Both the position numbers and the translations under genes were made by a program. Below are positions 60,525 through 61,403 of a stretch of DNA of 61,403 bases, in pieces. The notes beneath the pieces are model-generated. The model ran no database searches. It was not told where the DNA came from and saw only the letters and a list, made by a program, of their open reading frames with translations. This DNA comes from Minisyncoccota bacterium (GTDB taxonomy: Bacteria; Patescibacteriota; Minisyncoccia; Phycocordibacterales; SBAW01): contig DATKGU010000006.1 of NCBI GenBank assembly GCA_035510635.1, positions 1 through 61,403 on the forward strand, in the 5' to 3' direction. Position 1 is the first letter of the stretch. Each line of letters opens with the position of its first letter.

Positions 60525-60859
60525 TATTCTGCTCCTTCCGATTTCTTGGAGTAGTAGGTGCCTTTCCGTAGTCGAAACGCGAGACGCTCGTCAAAGTGCC
60601 GCGTAGGCGTACCGATGAGCGCTTGGCAGCTTGAGCATACGAGGTTTTGCATGTGCCTCGGTTCGGTAATCGCCGGATCGTGTTGTAACCGCTCAAGCGA
60701 GGGTGGCGAAAAGATCCGGTTGAGATAGCAGCGCAAAAGCTGTCCGTGGCCATCCTTTTGATATGTCAGCACCAGGGTATTGCAGGCGGCGCAGAAGATA
60801 TCGATTATTCTTGCCTTACCGCCACGCACCCGCAGGTAATGGTCTCGTTTTATATCCAC
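60524..60859 (-). CDS. RGG / 4-Cys zinc-ribbon protein, uncharacterised (paralog 2)
   Basis: (M)DIKRDHYLRVRGGKARIIDIFCAACNTLVLTYQKDGHGQLLRCYLNRI...LVCSSCQALIGTP...LAFRLR. GTG 60859 is preceded by AAGGAGGAG at a 3-nt spacing. The track start 60880 is a TTG lying inside that SD context. Its TAA stop shares one base with the ATG of the fusion gene (TAATG). Confidence 0.7.
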   Translation of the reverse strand: MDIKRDHYLRVRGGKARIIDIFCAACNTLVLTYQKDGHGQLLRCYLNRIFSPPSLERLQHDPAITEPRHMQNLVCSSCQALIGTPTRHFDERLAFRLRKGTYYSKKSEGAE

Positions 60860-60862
60860 GTT

Positions 60863-60871
60863 CTCCTCCTT
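60863..60871 (-). promoter_or_regulatory. Shine-Dalgarno sequence AAGGAGGAG for zinc-ribbon paralog 2
   Basis: The minus strand reads CGCAAGGAGGAGAACGTG. Confidence 0.6.
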
Positions 60872-61176
60872 GCGTATCAAAGGACTGGGTTAAGCTGAGT
60901 GCAGAATACAATAAAAATGGCGAAATAGCAATCAGGGCGAAAAATATTTTATCAAAATGATTTTTGATTTTTTATGGCTCCAGGGATCGAACGCAGAAAA
61001 TGGCTTTAACAAACGATGCGCCATGGTCGCACTAAAATGGACATCTTGACGATGCTAAAAAACGGCTCTGTTAACGCACCTCGGTCGGTCTCACTAACGT
61101 GTGGGTTTGTATGATGATATACGAGCCTATTTTACACGAAACGGAGGCCTCTAGGGTAGTCACTCGGGGGTAGTTT

Positions 61177-61223
61177 ACCCCTACATTCACCCCTACATTC
61201 AACCTATGCCGGAATGTAGGGGT
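61177..61223. repeat. 12-mer ACCCCTACATTC as two tandem direct copies plus one perfect inverted copy 11 nt downstream
   Basis: 61177-61188 and 61189-61200 are identical. 61212-61223 (GAATGTAGGGGT) is the exact reverse complement. Extra GGGGTAG/GGGTAG motifs occur at 61154-61173. Confidence 0.85.
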
Positions 61224-61403
61224 AGCTAGTCTCAATATTGGCTTCAACGCAGGGCTTTTGCGACCTGTCTCTAAAAAATCTCAAACCCTACTTCACTCCG
61301 TACCACCCCCGTGGTGGTACTCCGTGAATCGTCGCGGGTTCGCGTCTGGTGCCTCGGCCTTCTTCTTCCGTCCCGCAGTTTCTTTTTTATCGTTGGTGGG
61401 GGG

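Noticed and set aside
60975-60996. tRNA or tmRNA 3' end: the minus strand reads CTGCGTTCGATCCCTGGAGCCA (T-loop-like TTCGATC).
   Set aside because: The putative T-stem pairs poorly (2 Watson-Crick pairs, 2 wobbles, 1 mismatch). No complementary 5' acceptor strand, D-arm or anticodon arm could be found within 90 nt. No tmRNA 5' end (GGGG...GGATTCGAC) lies within about 400 nt. The sequence does not resemble the 3' end of the nearby tRNA-Leu, so it is not an att-type duplication of that gene.
56858-61000. Genomic island integrated at tRNA-Leu, spanning the methyltransferase, hairpin array and nucleotide operon.
   Set aside because: There is no integrase, no direct repeat of the tRNA 3' end, and no composition shift obvious by eye. 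The idea cannot be supported without the sequence to the right and a genome-wide comparison.
61293-61403. A possible partial minus-strand CDS entering from beyond the right edge (...PPTNDKKETAGRKKKAEAPDANPRRFTEYHHGGGTE, stop at 61293-61295).
   Set aside because: Only 36 codons are visible. A second minus-strand phase is equally open, there is no motif, and the segment overlaps a strong hairpin. It cannot be supported from this window alone.
1-61403. Alternative genetic code (UGA recoding, as in some candidate phyla).
   Set aside because: TGA terminates conserved proteins at the expected C-termini and forms ATGA start/stop junctions (34402, 35178, 46245, 28124). All housekeeping genes are intact under the standard code.

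Overview
This is a gene-dense 61.4-kb bacterial window, transcribed almost entirely from the minus strand. It uses the standard genetic code: TGA acts as a stop inside ATGA start/stop overlaps. Recognisable housekeeping anchors are gatB, obg, secA, murB, rsmI, an Mpl/MurC-family ligase and tRNA-Leu(CAG). The gene content (a type-IV-pilin-like protein, a giant surface protein, very short spacers, a huge glycosyltransferase locus) would fit a small-genome monoderm lineage such as Patescibacteria/CPR. That is inference I cannot test here.

Main points:
(1) Positions 1-11715 are one uninterrupted minus-strand reading frame of at least 3,905 codons that runs off the left edge. The supplied ORF track omits it because it has no stop inside the window, and every 60-220-aa ORF listed there is a shadow frame.
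(2) 21.9-49.3 kb is a roughly 27-kb surface-glycan locus. It holds a Wzy_C/O-antigen-ligase-like protein, a Wzx flippase, two GT9, two GT2, seven GT4-type genes plus one truncated copy, and two methyltransferases plus a sugar C-methyltransferase. It also holds Gmd, an aldo-keto reductase, a WbuC-like cupin, two SDR epimerase/dehydratases, a short UDP-glucose-dehydrogenase-like protein, an APH-like kinase and an IMPase.
(3) 57.9-60.9 kb holds the most unusual unit. A GTP-cyclohydrolase-II::OMP-decarboxylase fusion gene is translationally coupled to a guanylate-kinase-like gene. The pair is bracketed by two paralogous RGG/4-Cys zinc-ribbon genes and sits next to a ~310-nt array of perfect A/T-rich hairpins.
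(4) Smaller items: a poly-Lys uORF plus two hairpins in front of secA, a PgeF-like/Mpl/Bpt-like peptidoglycan module, a lamin-tail-domain protein coupled to a TraD/VirD4-like ATPase, and a direct/inverted 12-mer cluster at the right edge.

ORF-track caveats I verified: coordinates include the stop codon, TTG/GTG starts are printed as M, the longest ORF is reported (so I trimmed several starts), and edge-truncated ORFs are absent. All family calls come from motif recognition by eye; no database search or computation was possible.
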